64,000 nt of DNA from Eledone cirrhosa (lineage: Eukaryota): the NCBI GenBank assembly GCA_964016885.1, contig OZ024745.1, positions 106,826,001 through 106,890,000 of the forward strand. The letters are read 5' to 3'. This document shows positions 11,446-24,249 of this stretch, piece after piece. The number at the start of each line of letters is the position of its first letter. Position 1 is the stretch's first letter. The position numbers and the translations under genes were made by a program. The notes under the pieces were generated by a model that was given only the letters and a program-made list of their open reading frames with translations, was not told the DNA's origin and ran no database searches.

Positions 11446-11719
11446 AAAGATAAAGGGATTTCAGTTTGAAATCAAAAGACGATCTAAGATCAAATAATCA
11501 AGTACAACTCCCTCCTCCACACATTGATTAATTTATTTGAAACTAAAACTTTCTTCACTCGAACTCTGATTTTCTAGTGTCTACAGGTCACAACTGCACA
11601 TACAATCGCTCTACTGTCTGAGACACAACACGGACAAATTACTGGTTTCAATCATTAGAATTGCGGCCATGCTGGCACATTATAATTTAGTAGTTCTTAC
11701 CCCCCCCCCCCCCCTCCCA

Positions 11720-11769
<50 letters not shown>

Positions 11770-11773
<4 letters not shown>

Positions 11774-11974
11774 ATAATAATAAATTTGAAGACTAAAATC
11801 CAAAGAGGGCTCGACCAGGATAAATATATATCAAATATATAAGAACCGTATAGCAAATATTTACTAAAATAACAGATTAAAGTTTAAGCAAAGAATCGCT
11901 GCCTCCACCCTCAACGGGATCCTCTGAGGGTGGAGGCAGCGATTCTTTGCTTAAACTTTAATCTGTTATTTTAG

Positions 11975-11981
<7 letters not shown>
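11770..11981 (-). mobile_element. Fold-back element (palindrome 11857-11981 plus tail 11770-11856)
   Basis: Near-perfect ~57-bp arms around AACGGGATCCTC. The tail recurs at 6787-6865. Flanked by (TA)n on both sides. Confidence 0.75.
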
Positions 11982-12011
<30 letters not shown>

Positions 12012-12484
12012 TTGTAAGAGGCTTAGCTCTGTGTTTGACCGCTGTATCACGTGATAAATTCCCCCTCCGCCTTTCGGGATTCTATCTCGCGTCCTACGGA
12101 CGTGTTTTGAAACTCTAAATGAGGTATCCTCTTGATAAGTCGGCAAACCTCACAAAAATACTGCATCTCTACGATGTAATGTTTTTGCATAATAGCCACG
12201 AAACTACGTCGTCGAGGATAATGAAGGAATTTAGGTATATTATATCTTTTTATTTATATCTAATGTTTCTTCTTTCTTTATAATGTATTATATAGCTCTG
12301 ATATTGAATCAATCTAATCCATTCAGATTATTTTGTGCCTATTATTCATAGAGCTACAACGGTTAAGGTTGGCACCACACAAATTCAGGGATATATGTGG
12401 GTATATGCATGTATCTGTGTATTTCTTTGTATTGTATATATATATATATATAGAAGTGGTTACACAACAGTTAGTTCACCATAC

Positions 12485-12522
12485 CGAGAACAATTGTTTC
12501 ACCTGAGCGGATCCTCAGCTCG
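12485..12522 (-). ncRNA. Minimal type I hammerhead ribozyme
   Basis: CGAG-CUGAGGA-UCC GCUCA GGU-GAA-ACAAUUGU-U-CUCG. Full core, 4-bp stem I and palindromic stem III (ACAAUUGU). Confidence 0.65.
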
Positions 12523-12534
12523 TAATCCTGATTA

Positions 12535-12572
12535 CCAGCTGAGGATCCGCTAAGGTGAAACAATTGTTCTCG
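12535..12572 (+). ncRNA. Minimal type I hammerhead ribozyme (mirror copy)
   Basis: CCAG-CUGAGGA-UCC GCUAA GGU-GAA-ACAAUUGU-U-CUCG, with one mismatch in stem I. Confidence 0.55.
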
Positions 12573-12678
12573 GTATGGTGAACTAACTGTTGTGTAACCT
12601 CTTCTACCTAACTCGTCCCATGGACTGAGTGCTATACCACTACGGATATTACCTTCCAGTTCTCTCTCTCTCTCTCTC

Positions 12679-12716
<38 letters not shown>

Positions 12717-12768
12717 AAAATGGAACGGGAACAAAAAGGTTTATTAGTTTCACGCTCTTGAGAGTGTG

Positions 12769-12816
<48 letters not shown>

Positions 12817-12829
12817 TAGATATACATTT

Positions 12830-12981
12830 TAAAAGGATTCTGGACGTCGACGGCTGAGCTCCGAACAGTTCCGATCTAGCTGTTGAAACGGGTGGATCTC
12901 AGCCGTCGGGGTCCCGAACCCTTCCTATTACCCATTCTCTGGCGAGTAATGGTCTAACTGCTTTTTACTGCGTCCATTCTG
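12830..12981 (+). mobile_element. Divergent P1-like fold-back element
   Basis: GACGGCTGAG...GAAACGGG..CTCAGCCGTCGGGGTC..CCTATTACCCA. Related to 56161-56283. Confidence 0.65.
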
Positions 12982-13036
<55 letters not shown>

Positions 13037-13188
13037 GGCGGGCTTCTGCAGTTTCCGTCTATCAAATTCCACACGCGATTGATTAATCAACCCGAGGCTA
13101 TAGTAAAAGATTCAACACAGCGGTACTGAACTCAGAATTATGTGGTTGAGAAACGAACGTTTGAACCACACAACCAAGCCCGAGCCAG
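13037..13188 (-). mobile_element. Degenerate CORE-like SINE (family 4)
   Basis: Minus strand has a tRNA-like head (GGTTGTGTGGTTC...GAGTTCAGTACC), then CTATAGCCTCGGG and GACGGAAACTGCAGAAGCCCGCC. Related to 60053-60200. Confidence 0.55.
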
Positions 13189-13719
13189 CATGAAGTGAGT
13201 AACAAAAATTAGGGATGACCTCAGCTAAATTACCTTTTGCCTGTTGTCCCTGTTCAGGTCCGACGTATGTCTTAAGGATTCGAACCGTCACATATCGACG
13301 AGCAAGGTTCTTGTTTACAGAAGAAAAATATAAGCAGAAATGAAATTCAATACTTCCTTACATCACCCACACACATTCTTTTTTATCCCCCAAAATAATT
13401 TACTGAAACAGAAAATTATGAGCCATCAATCCAGATCGCAAGTATGAAATAATGACAGACCCTCACACAGTAACAATGTGACCTTGACCGAGTGAGAGAA
13501 AAAAAAAAAAGAGGTTAATTCATATGTTATGTTATAATCCAAGGTTTCGTATTAGTATTAAATACACACACACATACATACATACATACATACATACGTA
13601 CGTGTGTGTTTAATACTAATACGAAGCCGTGTGTGTATGTGTATGTGTGTGTATGCGTGTGTGTGTGTGTGCGTGTGTGCGCGCGCGCCTACAATGCTCC
13701 GGGTGGCGGGACCGAATCC

Positions 13720-14035
13720 ACAGGCCTTACTATTTATTGGGGTTGACTAGAATAGCTCAAACTTTACTCTCTCCAACGTCGCCGTGAGCGCTACATTATC
13801 TGCATGATGTGGAAAATATTCCATCAGCATTGCCCGAATTATGTTGACATCATCTTCAAAGTACAACCAAGTCTTCGGCCTCGCGCTATCCGCATACAAC
13901 AAAAATCAAACTTGCATCTCATCGGACCCCATGAAATTCAAAAAGTCTTTGGACAAATTGCTCCCAAGAAATCCTGGATAAACCTCCTACACTCGGATAT
14001 GTCTTCGTAAACAATAACTCTCTACCTGAGTGGGA
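13720..14035 (+). mobile_element. LINE (CR1/L2-group-like) ORF2 C-terminal remnant
   Basis: Translates to YWG*LE*LKLYSLQRRRERYIICMMWKIFHQHCPN and, after frameshifts, FKKSLDKLL...DKPPTLGYVFVNNNSLPEW. These are typical post-RT C-terminal motifs of non-LTR retrotransposons, here with stops. Confidence 0.75.
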
Positions 14036-14107
14036 CATGGTGTCCAAATCCTGATGTGAAAGATTTCGCCAGGAGTTAGACATGGTTTGGGCCAATACTG
14101 GCCGAAA

Positions 14108-14148
<41 letters not shown>

Positions 14149-14150
<2 letters not shown>

Positions 14151-14280
14151 GTTATTCCGGGTTGAATCGGAGGTTACCACAGTAAGTAAGGTACTCAATA
14201 CATTGCAGAGTATAAAAGTTTTAATATGGATGAGATTCTACAGGACTAGAACTGTTTCATTCTTTAGAAATCATCAGAAT
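14149..14280 (-). mobile_element. Family H2 element with hammerhead core (14235-14280)
   Basis: Minus strand reads AUU-CUGAUGA-UUUCUAAAGAAU-GAA-ACAG UUCUAGUC CUGU-A-GAAU. Tail contains TGAGTACC and ends GGAATAAC. Lies in (TA)n. Confidence 0.7.
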
Positions 14281-14303
14281 ATATATATATATACACATAC
14301 ATA

Positions 14304-14509
<206 letters not shown>

Positions 14510-15307
14510 TTTAAATCTAACAATTTAACGGTCCGACAAAAACAAAACAAAAAAAAAAAAAACATTGAAAAGTTCTGAGTCAATGTAATCGATTAAATCA
14601 AGGCAGAGTGTTATAATCGAAACCGGTAAAAGAATCACACATACACATACACATACACATACTATATACACCTCAAAATACAAAAATATTAAAAAATGCA
14701 AACAAATATATTAGAACGTACATCGCTTATAAGACCTGAATACCTGAAGCTTCAATCTCGTTTCACTTCCTCTCGTGGACTCATTCAACTACCAAATCAT
14801 TCGCCTCTTAGAAACATAATCAAAGTCTCCCCCTTATCAAACTTGTGTCTTAAAAAAAATATCGGCAAGATAGGCCGCCTTTGAATATAGGTCTTGTTCG
14901 AATGGAGCTATAATCGAAGGCATTGCAACTATGATCACCCTGTCTTTTTTTGTTTTGAGACAGAGGGTTTTAGATACAAATTATTTAATGTCTTCCTTTT
15001 TTTTTTTTTAAAAAGAAATTTGGTATGGCGTTATTTGGCAGGTATTACGTGACCAAGCCGAGGGCCACTTAGCAAAAGTACACAGTAGACGGCGAAGTGA
15101 GTGCAGCCAGGGAGGCGAGAAGGAAGGGCGGTTAAGTGTGTGTATGTAATATATACATGCACACATACATACATATATATACATACATACATACATACAT
15201 ACATACATACACACACGTGTGTGTATATATATACATATATATATATACATACACAAACATATATATATACATACATACATACATACATACATACATACAC
15301 ACACGTG

Positions 15308-15344
<37 letters not shown>

Positions 15345-15565
15345 ATACATACACAAACATGTGTATATATACACATATATATATATATATATATACACAA
15401 ACATGTGTATATACACACATATATATATATATATATACACATAAACATATATATATACATACACATATATATGTGTATATGTGTGTGTATGTGTGTGTGT
15501 AAAATAAGCGAAGATTATCGTTGCAACCAAAGTGTTTGCACACCTCCGTTATTATTCCCTTAATC

Positions 15566-15625
<60 letters not shown>

Positions 15626-16030
15626 TGTATGCCCAAACGCCCCACATCTGAAAACAATGTACTTACTGCAACAATCAAATCAGAATGCCTGGCAGGAAAA
15701 GAGAAAGAGAAATGGAGAGAGGGGGAGGGGGAGATGAAGAAAGAAAAGAGAAATGAAAGAGACTAGAGAAAAGCCGATTTCACAGCATGTATAAAGCACA
15801 TGGATGTGTATATAATTAAGCAGATAATCCCCAATAAATAAAACAGGACGGCGCTAATTCATTTGCATAATACCATAAAATTAATTATTAAGCCAGCAGG
15901 TATTAAGGCAGTAAGTAACACACGCAATCAACACACATATATATTTATATATATATGTATATACAGAGCTGAGCTTAAAGCAATATCCACACACACACAC
16001 ACGTATATTATTGGAAGCATGTATTTTCAA

Positions 16031-16191
<161 letters not shown>

Positions 16192-16256
16192 AAAGTACAT
16201 TCTTCCAATATGTGCGTGTGCGTGTCTGTGTGTGTATTGCTTTAAGCTCAGCTCTG

Positions 16257-16336
<80 letters not shown>

Positions 16337-16424
16337 CATGATCTTATCAAAACACGAATAAAAAGTCACAAATGTAGAGGTTCAATCAGTGCCAGTCAGA
16401 TTTATAAAAAGTCTAAAGTCTGTC

Positions 16425-16590
16425 TCGTGCCAGAAAGCTAATCAGGCAGGTGCTATCTCACTTTCCGAGGAGTTAAGTGAAAGAGAGTGCAATACTTCTC
16501 CCTGGACAGGACGCCAGTTTATCGCAGGGTTAAATCCCCAGCTATTGCTGGTATACTGGTACACATCTTCAGCTGGTATACTGGTACACA
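16425..16590 (-). mobile_element. 3' half of CORE-like SINE family 2
   Basis: CCCTGGACAGGACGCCAG..CAGCTATTGCTGGTA is the reverse complement of part of 40130-40200. Confidence 0.5.
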
Positions 16591-16703
16591 TTTCAACCGC
16601 AAAATGATAAAAAGTAAAGTCGTATTCAGCAAGATAGGAGCCGGGCTAAACAAAGTATTTAGTTCATATTCATAAGTTTACAGAATATACTTTCCAGCAT
16701 TAA

Positions 16704-16908
16704 CCCATTAACATATACATTACTCTATATTTACTATTATATTTTCATGGTAAAGACTTTACCTCATATAATATTGAATCTATGAGATTTTGATATTTAT
16801 TTTGAGAACAATAACTTAACATCACTATGAGGGGCCAGTTATAGCTGGTTTGAACAGAAAGAGGTGAGAGAATTCTGGCCGGATATGGCCGGTTTAAATG
16901 CTAAAGGG
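16704..16908. mobile_element. piggyBac-type MITE
   Basis: TTAA|CCCATTAACAT...ATGCTAAAGGG|TTAA, i.e. TTAA TSDs and CCC...GGG termini. Copies at 27347-27784 and 23623-23760 (partial). Confidence 0.8.
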
Positions 16909-17212
16909 TTAAGAGTAGTAAGATGAACCCACAGTTCCATGCATTCTTATTCTGGTCTTGAGCTCCACTAATGAATACGTGTTGTCCATCGTCACACACA
17001 ATTGTACGAAATATTAATTGTTGTTAAATGATGGCTAGAAATACTTTACTCTTGTAAAGCATCATTTTGATTGGCCTATTTGTTTTACTTTTGCGAGAAG
17101 AAGAATCTACATCATAATTACTCATTAATAGAAACAACTATATCATAATCACATATATGTATTTTAATCTGAACTAGAATACTTCAGAGTAAGGTTCTTT
17201 ATGAAAACCAGA

Positions 17213-17520
17213 TATCATCATTATCACTGTTTAACGTCCATTTCCCCCACGTTAGCATGGTTTAGACGAGTTATCCTGTTGTGAGCAATGATAGGTCAGG
17301 TGACCATGTCTTGCTCACACAGAACTATTCTGACTTAGTTTCCACAGCTGGATGTCCTACCTAGCGCCAACCTCTCTTTACAGTGTCGACTGGATGCTTT
17401 TTGCGGTCTCGCCATCACGACCACTTTTCAATGCGTACTGGATGCTTTTTGTCGTGTCACCATCACAACCACTTTACAGTGTGGACAGGATGCTTTTTGC
17501 CGTGTCACCATCACGATTTT
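17213..17520 (-). mobile_element. Family 3 retroelement with internal ~50-bp tandem units
   Basis: ATCATCATT..TTTAACGTCC.. start, followed by three CCACTTTACAGTGT.GAC.GGATGCTTTTTG-like units. Confidence 0.65.
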
Positions 17521-17967
17521 TGTCGTGTCGAGATAATAAAATGAAATAAATTTATTCTCAAACCAGAAAAATAAACAGAGAGGGAGAGAGGTGAGGCAGA
17601 ATATTAAACAGATTAATTTGTTTCTCTCAACATAGGCTTTTTCAAATATTTCCAGGGAGGCACTTGTTTACCGTCGCTTTACTGACTACTAATCTACTAG
17701 CTTTGATAACAATGTTAGTGATTACAATAACGACATCAATAACAACAACAGTACAAATATTAATAAAGCTTGCACCGACAACAACAACAACAACAACGAA
17801 TACTGTAGAATAAATGGTTCAACCATACGTGACGTGTAGATAGCAGAAGGAAAAGAGCGTCGTATAAAATAGCTGGTGGTTTTTATTAGTAAAAGTAAAG
17901 GATACATTAGACACACTACTACTGAAAAAAACTAAGAATAAATAATGGATGCCATGTGCTTATGAAT

Positions 17968-18157
17968 ATAATTGATTCTACTTTTTTGGCACAAGGCCAG
18001 CAATTACCCAGTGTATTACTGGTACTTTATTGTATCAACCCCGTAAGGATGAAAGGCAAAGTTAACTTCGGCGGAATTTGAACTCAGAATGGCAAGGGCC
18101 GTAACTAAATGCGTCAAAGCATGGCGTCCGACCCTCTACCGATACTGCCAATCCACC
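17968..18157 (-). mobile_element. Meta-domain-like SINE, full length
   Basis: Head to tail match to the family consensus. Confidence 0.85.
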
Positions 18158-18355
18158 AGAGGCTAAACAACAAAGAAAGCAGAAATACTGGGTTCGGCTC
18201 AATATCTACATTATTCCAACAAACTGATGCCAAAAGAATAATTGCGAATTCAAAATTGGAATGCAGCAGGGCGGATTAATGCTTGTAAAGAGCATGTATT
18301 ATGTGGGGTCTCATTAATATATGTGTGTGTGCGTGTGCGTGTATATATATATATT

Positions 18356-18435
18356 TATTGGGTTGTCAAGTATGAAATTTGTAGAAAAATAACATGACCA
18401 TATGCCTCACTACAAATTTTATAGTTGACGACCAT
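18356..18435. mobile_element. Short mariner-like MITE or palindrome
   Basis: GGTTGTCAAGTATGAAATTTGTAG...CTACAAATTTTATAGTTGACGACC inverted arms in a TA context. Confidence 0.45.
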
Positions 18436-18976
18436 ATATATATATATATATATATATATATCCAGTCGTGCCTCTGGGGCAGCTACCAAATCAAATTTCA
18501 CTTAATTCCGGCTGTAGCAAGGACCATAGAACAAGAGAATGCGGTATCTACTAATTATAGTATATTTAAACAAGTATATATATATATATATATAATATTC
18601 TTTATTATGGTCTTCTTATTCTGAGGTTTATACACACACACACACGCATATTTGTATGCATATAACAGTAGACACTTACTTTGCACTTTCAAGATAAACC
18701 TCAGTAAACACCACACACGCGCGCGCGCGAGATGAGGAATTAAATGTACTAGTTCACCTCTAGACTTTTTTTTTATGTCAATAGGTGTTATTAGCTACAT
18801 CACTGATCCTTTTGTGTTTGCATTCTCCAGGGGTATCAAATCATTACAGGTCAGAGTAGCAGGCGGTAGCAAGCATGTAAGTGAAGCAACTAAAATATAT
18901 AGTTTTTAGTTGCATTCAACACACACACACACACACTGTTTTGTGAAAATCAGTAGAGAGAGGGAGAGAGTAAGAG

Positions 18977-19009
<33 letters not shown>

Positions 19010-19135
19010 AACAACACATCGTGCAGTGTTTTATTTAAGTTTCGAGTTCATATCCTGCCAAGGTCGACCCTGATTCGGTTGCTATTACCAGAATTTATAC
19101 GAGTAGGGAGCAAGACAACGAGATATGCTTTATAT

Positions 19136-19324
19136 CAGGCATGTCAAACTCAGGATCCCTCCGAGGGCCACGTGGGTCACATATGTGTTGTCTGAGGGCC
19201 ACACATGACAACTAATTACGCACATTACAACTATTATTTTTTTTCATTTTATATTAGAAAGATATGTGACCCATGCTCGCGCTGTAAACAATCTTTATAA
19301 AGGGTCGCATGTTTGACATGCCTG
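19136..19324. mobile_element. hAT MITE with perfect 8-bp TSD
   Basis: Perfect 14-bp TIRs CAGGCATGTCAAAC / GTTTGACATGCCTG. TSD CTTTATAT at 19128-19135 and 19325-19332. Confidence 0.9.
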
Positions 19325-19597
19325 CTTTATATGTTCGTTTGACCTAACAGAAATAGCAGTCGAAATGCCTTTGATATCATAGATCTGTTCGATCTGTTCG
19401 ATCAGTTTTGACCTAAGGCTAAGCAACAACAACAACAAACTAAATGAGAACAAGTCCACAGAAATAGACTTGATAGATGGTAGAACACAAAAAAATATCA
19501 AGGCTACATACGTACCTGCCAACCACTAAAAACCCAAACCGGGAGTACCATGAAAAACGGGGCCCCAAAATGGAGAGAAATGAGGGAGAATTTTACA

Positions 19598-19786
19598 TAA
19601 TTGTTTCTACTTTTTGGCACAAGGCCTTCAATTACCCAGTACATTACTGGTACTTTATTTTATCGACCTCGTAAGGATGAAAGGCAAAGTTAACCTCGGC
19701 AGGATTTGAACACGGATCAGAAAGGGGCGTAACTCTGTGCTACAAAGCATGTTGTCCGACCCTCTACCGATACTGCCAAACCATCA
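19598..19786 (-). mobile_element. Meta-domain-like SINE, full length
   Basis: Matches the family consensus. Confidence 0.85.
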
Positions 19787-19812
19787 CCCTATTATTATTA
19801 TTTTACATAATA

Positions 19813-20003
19813 TGGCGGTGGATTGGCAGTATCAGTAGAGGGTCGGACGCCTTGCTTTCCAGCATAGTTAAGTCCCTTTACGATCTGAGTTCAAATCCCG
19901 CTGAGGTTGACTTTGCCTTTCATCCTTGCGGGGTCGATGAAATAAAGTACCAGTAATGCACTGGTTAATTGCTGGCCTTGTGCCTAAAGTAGAAACAATT
20001 ATT
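19813..20003 (+). mobile_element. Meta-domain-like SINE, full length
   Basis: GGCGGTGGATTGGCAGTATC head, B box, central domain and tail. Flanked by duplicated ATTTTACATAAT. Confidence 0.9.
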
Positions 20004-20738
20004 ATTTTACATAATGAAAGCTATACCAATTTTCAGAAGAGAAGACATCTTTCACCCAGCCCAAAGGCTACTGCAAATCTCCCCGCCGAGCGGAGAGAGT
20101 TGACAGGACTGAGGCTATCACACTACACCTTGTAAAAATTAACCACTGCATGCCGAAATATTCAGCATAGTCCGCAAATAGTATGTGGTGTATCTGGAAA
20201 TCTAACGTTTGTGTGAGACATTTAGTCGTTTGGCTGACTACCTACTTTGTTATTTACTCCCAAGTCATCTCTGATCAAGTATACTTATAAGTAAAGGGGT
20301 TGAATTAATGACCACCACACACCCGAGCCGTAGACCTTTTAAACAAGCAGCGAACTCTGTCGTTCTCTAAGATAAGATATCTTTTGTTCAATCAACCGAA
20401 TTTCTATTCGTTAAATCAACGTGTAAACCCCTGAACCTTCTTCAGTCACTTGTACTTTTACTGTAGCTCTCCAATCGAGTCAGTTTAACAAATCTGAATC
20501 TGGCTTTGGAGAGAGAAAGAGAAAGAGAGAAAGAGAGAAAGAGAGAAAGAAAGAGAGAGAGAGAGAGAGGGGGGGGGGATCTTGGCGTCCGAAAGAATGA
20601 AAAGTTTGGCTCAATTGCATTTGAACCCAGAGTGCCACGGATCCGGAAGGAATAATGCAATACATCGCCGTTTATTTCAGGGGAAATGTATCTAGAAGTA
20701 CATTAATCAAAGTTCCCATTTATTTATTATTATTATTA

Positions 20739-20770
<32 letters not shown>

Positions 20771-21501
20771 ACGACAGGTTATGTGCAATTTGAATGAAAT
20801 TTGACTGGATTTTTTTTAGCATGTCAAGCGACTTCGCTGGCTTTTTGTGTGTGTGCGCGCGCGCGCGCGTGTTTTGACTATTGCGATGACTAAAGCAAGG
20901 CAACAGAACAAAACACCGTCCCCGCTATTGAGGTTAGATGGTTGTATAGAATAAGAGGAGTCATATTCTCTCAACCACTCTCACCATCATGCCAGTTGTT
21001 TACTTGTTTTCCTATTTAATACTTTTCCCTTTTATTTTTATTTTTTTTATTTTATTTTAGTTTAGTTTTTTTTTCGGAGCTGTCCAAATTTGATTAGAGT
21101 TATTTGCCAATGGAAACGGAGACAAGAATTTTCTAGAACAATAAATAAACGAAAAACTGAAGAAAAAATAAACTGTAATAAAACACCACAGACTGATGAA
21201 AAGGGAGAGAGAAAGAGAGAGAAAGCGAGGGGGAGAAAGAGAGAGGGAACGAGAAAGAAAGAGGGGAGAGAAAAAGAGGGGAGAGAAAAAGAGGGAGAGA
21301 GACTGATATACATTAAATTACAAATTATAATAACACAGAAATATATACAGATACACACGCATACACAAACACATGAACGTGTACAAGTACACATCCAAAA
21401 TGCATACGAATATACAGAAACAAAATCTATGAACAATTTAAGTATCAAAGAAAGCTTACAAATAAATTGCACACACTCACACACACTCCACTGATACATA
21501 C

Positions 21502-21554
<53 letters not shown>

Positions 21555-23577
21555 CAGTGGTGTGTGTGTGTGTACACACACACTTCACCGATATATATAT
21601 ATATACACACACACAGATATATATATAGATATATATACACACACTTCACTGATATATATATATATATAAATATACACACACACTTCACTGAGATATACAC
21701 ACACACTTCACTGATATATATCAACATGCTGCCATGTGTGTGTGTGTGTGTGTGTGTGCGTGTTACTGGTATTGCCATACTCAAATTAGTATAGGGGTTT
21801 CGCCTATGAATTCATAAATAAAATCGTCCGCATGAATATATGTAATATATAAGATATGATAAAACTGTCATTACTAGTAAAAATAAATAAACACATACAC
21901 ACGTTTCAAACACAATCTAATTAAAATTATGTTCTTGGAACTGAAACCTATTTGGGATTATGTATGTGCCAGCATCACATATACATTTATTAGATTGGGT
22001 GCACTCCAACCCAACTAATTCAATTGATAATACAAGGATAGGCATAATGGGGCAAATGCTTTTAAGCATACATATCACATAGGATCTGTGAGAAATAATA
22101 GACAGAATCCTTCAAATCACACACTGATCTTTAAAAGGGGAGGATACATTGGGCATTGTATATTCCTTGATGTGTAAAGAAACAGGATGTTTACAACTGG
22201 ACACTTTTCCTCATTCAGCTGTTTGTTCAATCCAAGACAGCCTGAATATATGTAGACAGGAAACATTGATTGAGGAAGTGACCAAATGCTTTGTAACAGA
22301 GTAGACCCTGCTCACGCCTGCCGATGAACATTTGTTGGACCTATTAAACCGGTTTGGATATAAGATTACTGATAATTGTATTTCATTCTTTTCATTTGCT
22401 GGTTTCAGTTATTGGAATGCTATTGGACAATCTTCAAAGATTTTAGTCAATTATAATTACCCAGTGCTTATCATATTGATTTCTTAGTTGAATTGTAAAT
22501 TTATGAGACACAAGGGGACATAATATAAATGGAAACATAAATAGACACACATGTATATTACATATATATGTGTGTGTGTGTGTACATACATATGTATCTT
22601 GTACCTCACATTTCTCATTTAGCAATTCCGACACAATATGCACATCTCTATATATCTTGTCATATCAATCATATCTCAGCAACTTTGTTTTCCACTTTTT
22701 ATTAGGTGTTACTTTTAGCAAAGAAAGAGAGGTGGGGTTAAAAGAAACATTTAAAAAAAAAGAGTTTTCACTCAATGTACAAAAAAGTACAAAACAGGAC
22801 ATCAAATTTTATCATTTAGGATCTTGGTGAGTGAAAAGATTCCCACTCTTTTTTAAAAAAAAGTAAATGGCCACCCGAGAAGAATTTGTTTTAACTTCAA
22901 ATGTTCTTTTGATTATGTAAGCCAAACCAATTTCTTCTACTCAGCCACAAACAACTATATTTATACAAGTTGTCAGAGTGCAATTTTCCTAACTCTTTTT
23001 AGTTGTAATTCTGAAATTCAAAAGCATTTCTAATGTGAGAATTCCACAAAAGCCAAAACAACACCATTATACATACAGATGATGACATTTCTAAATCGAC
23101 GGCCCTCAAAAGAATATTCAAATACACAGACAATTTCAGAAGGTTAATGTAAACAACTGTGCTAGCCTTAACTCTACTGGTGTGGAGTAGGAGTAAAAAA
23201 AATAACTAAAGCTAGGCTATATATTTTCTGTGCCTATGAAGTTGATGAAAGACATTTCCTGGTGGATGAGGAATTCCAATTTCCAGAAAAGACCATGATA
23301 GATGAAACTTGAGGATGGAAATATTTCAAGACCTTTGAGCTTTAGTAATTTTCCTTACAGAAAAAACAAAACAAAAAGACAACCAACCAAAAAATTCTCA
23401 CATCAGCAGAATGTTAAAAAGATTACTAGTGTCAGTATATGTATACATGCTTAGATGATCTTGTATACACAAATATATATACATATATATATATATTATA
23501 TATATATATACATATATATATATTTGTGTATACATGTGTACTAAGTGTAAATGCATGCACATGATTTTAATATACAG

Positions 23578-23622
<45 letters not shown>

Positions 23623-23624
<2 letters not shown>

Positions 23625-23760
23625 AACACTTTAGCATTTAAAATGGCCATATCCGGCCAGAATTATCTCACCTCTTTCTATTCAAACCGGCCGTAAACGG
23701 CTGCACATACTATTGTTAAGGTATTGTTCTCAAAATAAATAATATCAAAATTTCATCAAC
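23623..23760. mobile_element. Partial piggyBac-type MITE
   Basis: TTAACACTTTAGCATTTAAAATGGCCATATCCGGCCAGAATT matches one end of 16704-16908. Confidence 0.65.
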
Positions 23761-24249
23761 TTGATAATTATGTAAGTCATAATTAGTACTGGGTGCTTTT
23801 TCTTGTGATGCCTACATGACCACTGTGGGCTGGGTGCTTTTTGCCCACTAGGAATTATTATTTCATGACTTAGAAGGAAAGTCAGTGCCCATGACTATTT
23901 TCAGGAGTCTCCGCGTGTAAGACATCCTTAAAACCAATCCAGAATGCTTGCAAAAGAGAGTTCTGTTAAAGGCCTCCAAGGCCAAGTGCTATTATTAAAG
24001 TAGAAGATGATTAAGTGTCTCATCAAAGTGGGTTATGGCAGAATTTTAACTCAGGGAGCTGAAATAAATAATGAAAATCTGACACTCTAATGACCCTGTT
24101 AGTCCACCCCCCTAGATTAGTATTTTACAGCTGTTGAACTGGTGGAAATTTAGTGGAGAAAAGAATGATACCCAATACAACTAAAAATAACAACAATATC
24201 AAAGATCAATTAATCAGTGTAGTAATAAGTAAGGAAAATTGAAACCTAC

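Larger units (their letters stand above)
12452..12660 (+). mobile_element. Fold-back element with a hammerhead in each arm (family H3)
   Basis: Arms of ~75 bp at 12452-12606. Tail contains TGAGTGCT. Flanked by (TA)n and (TC)n. Confidence 0.8.
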
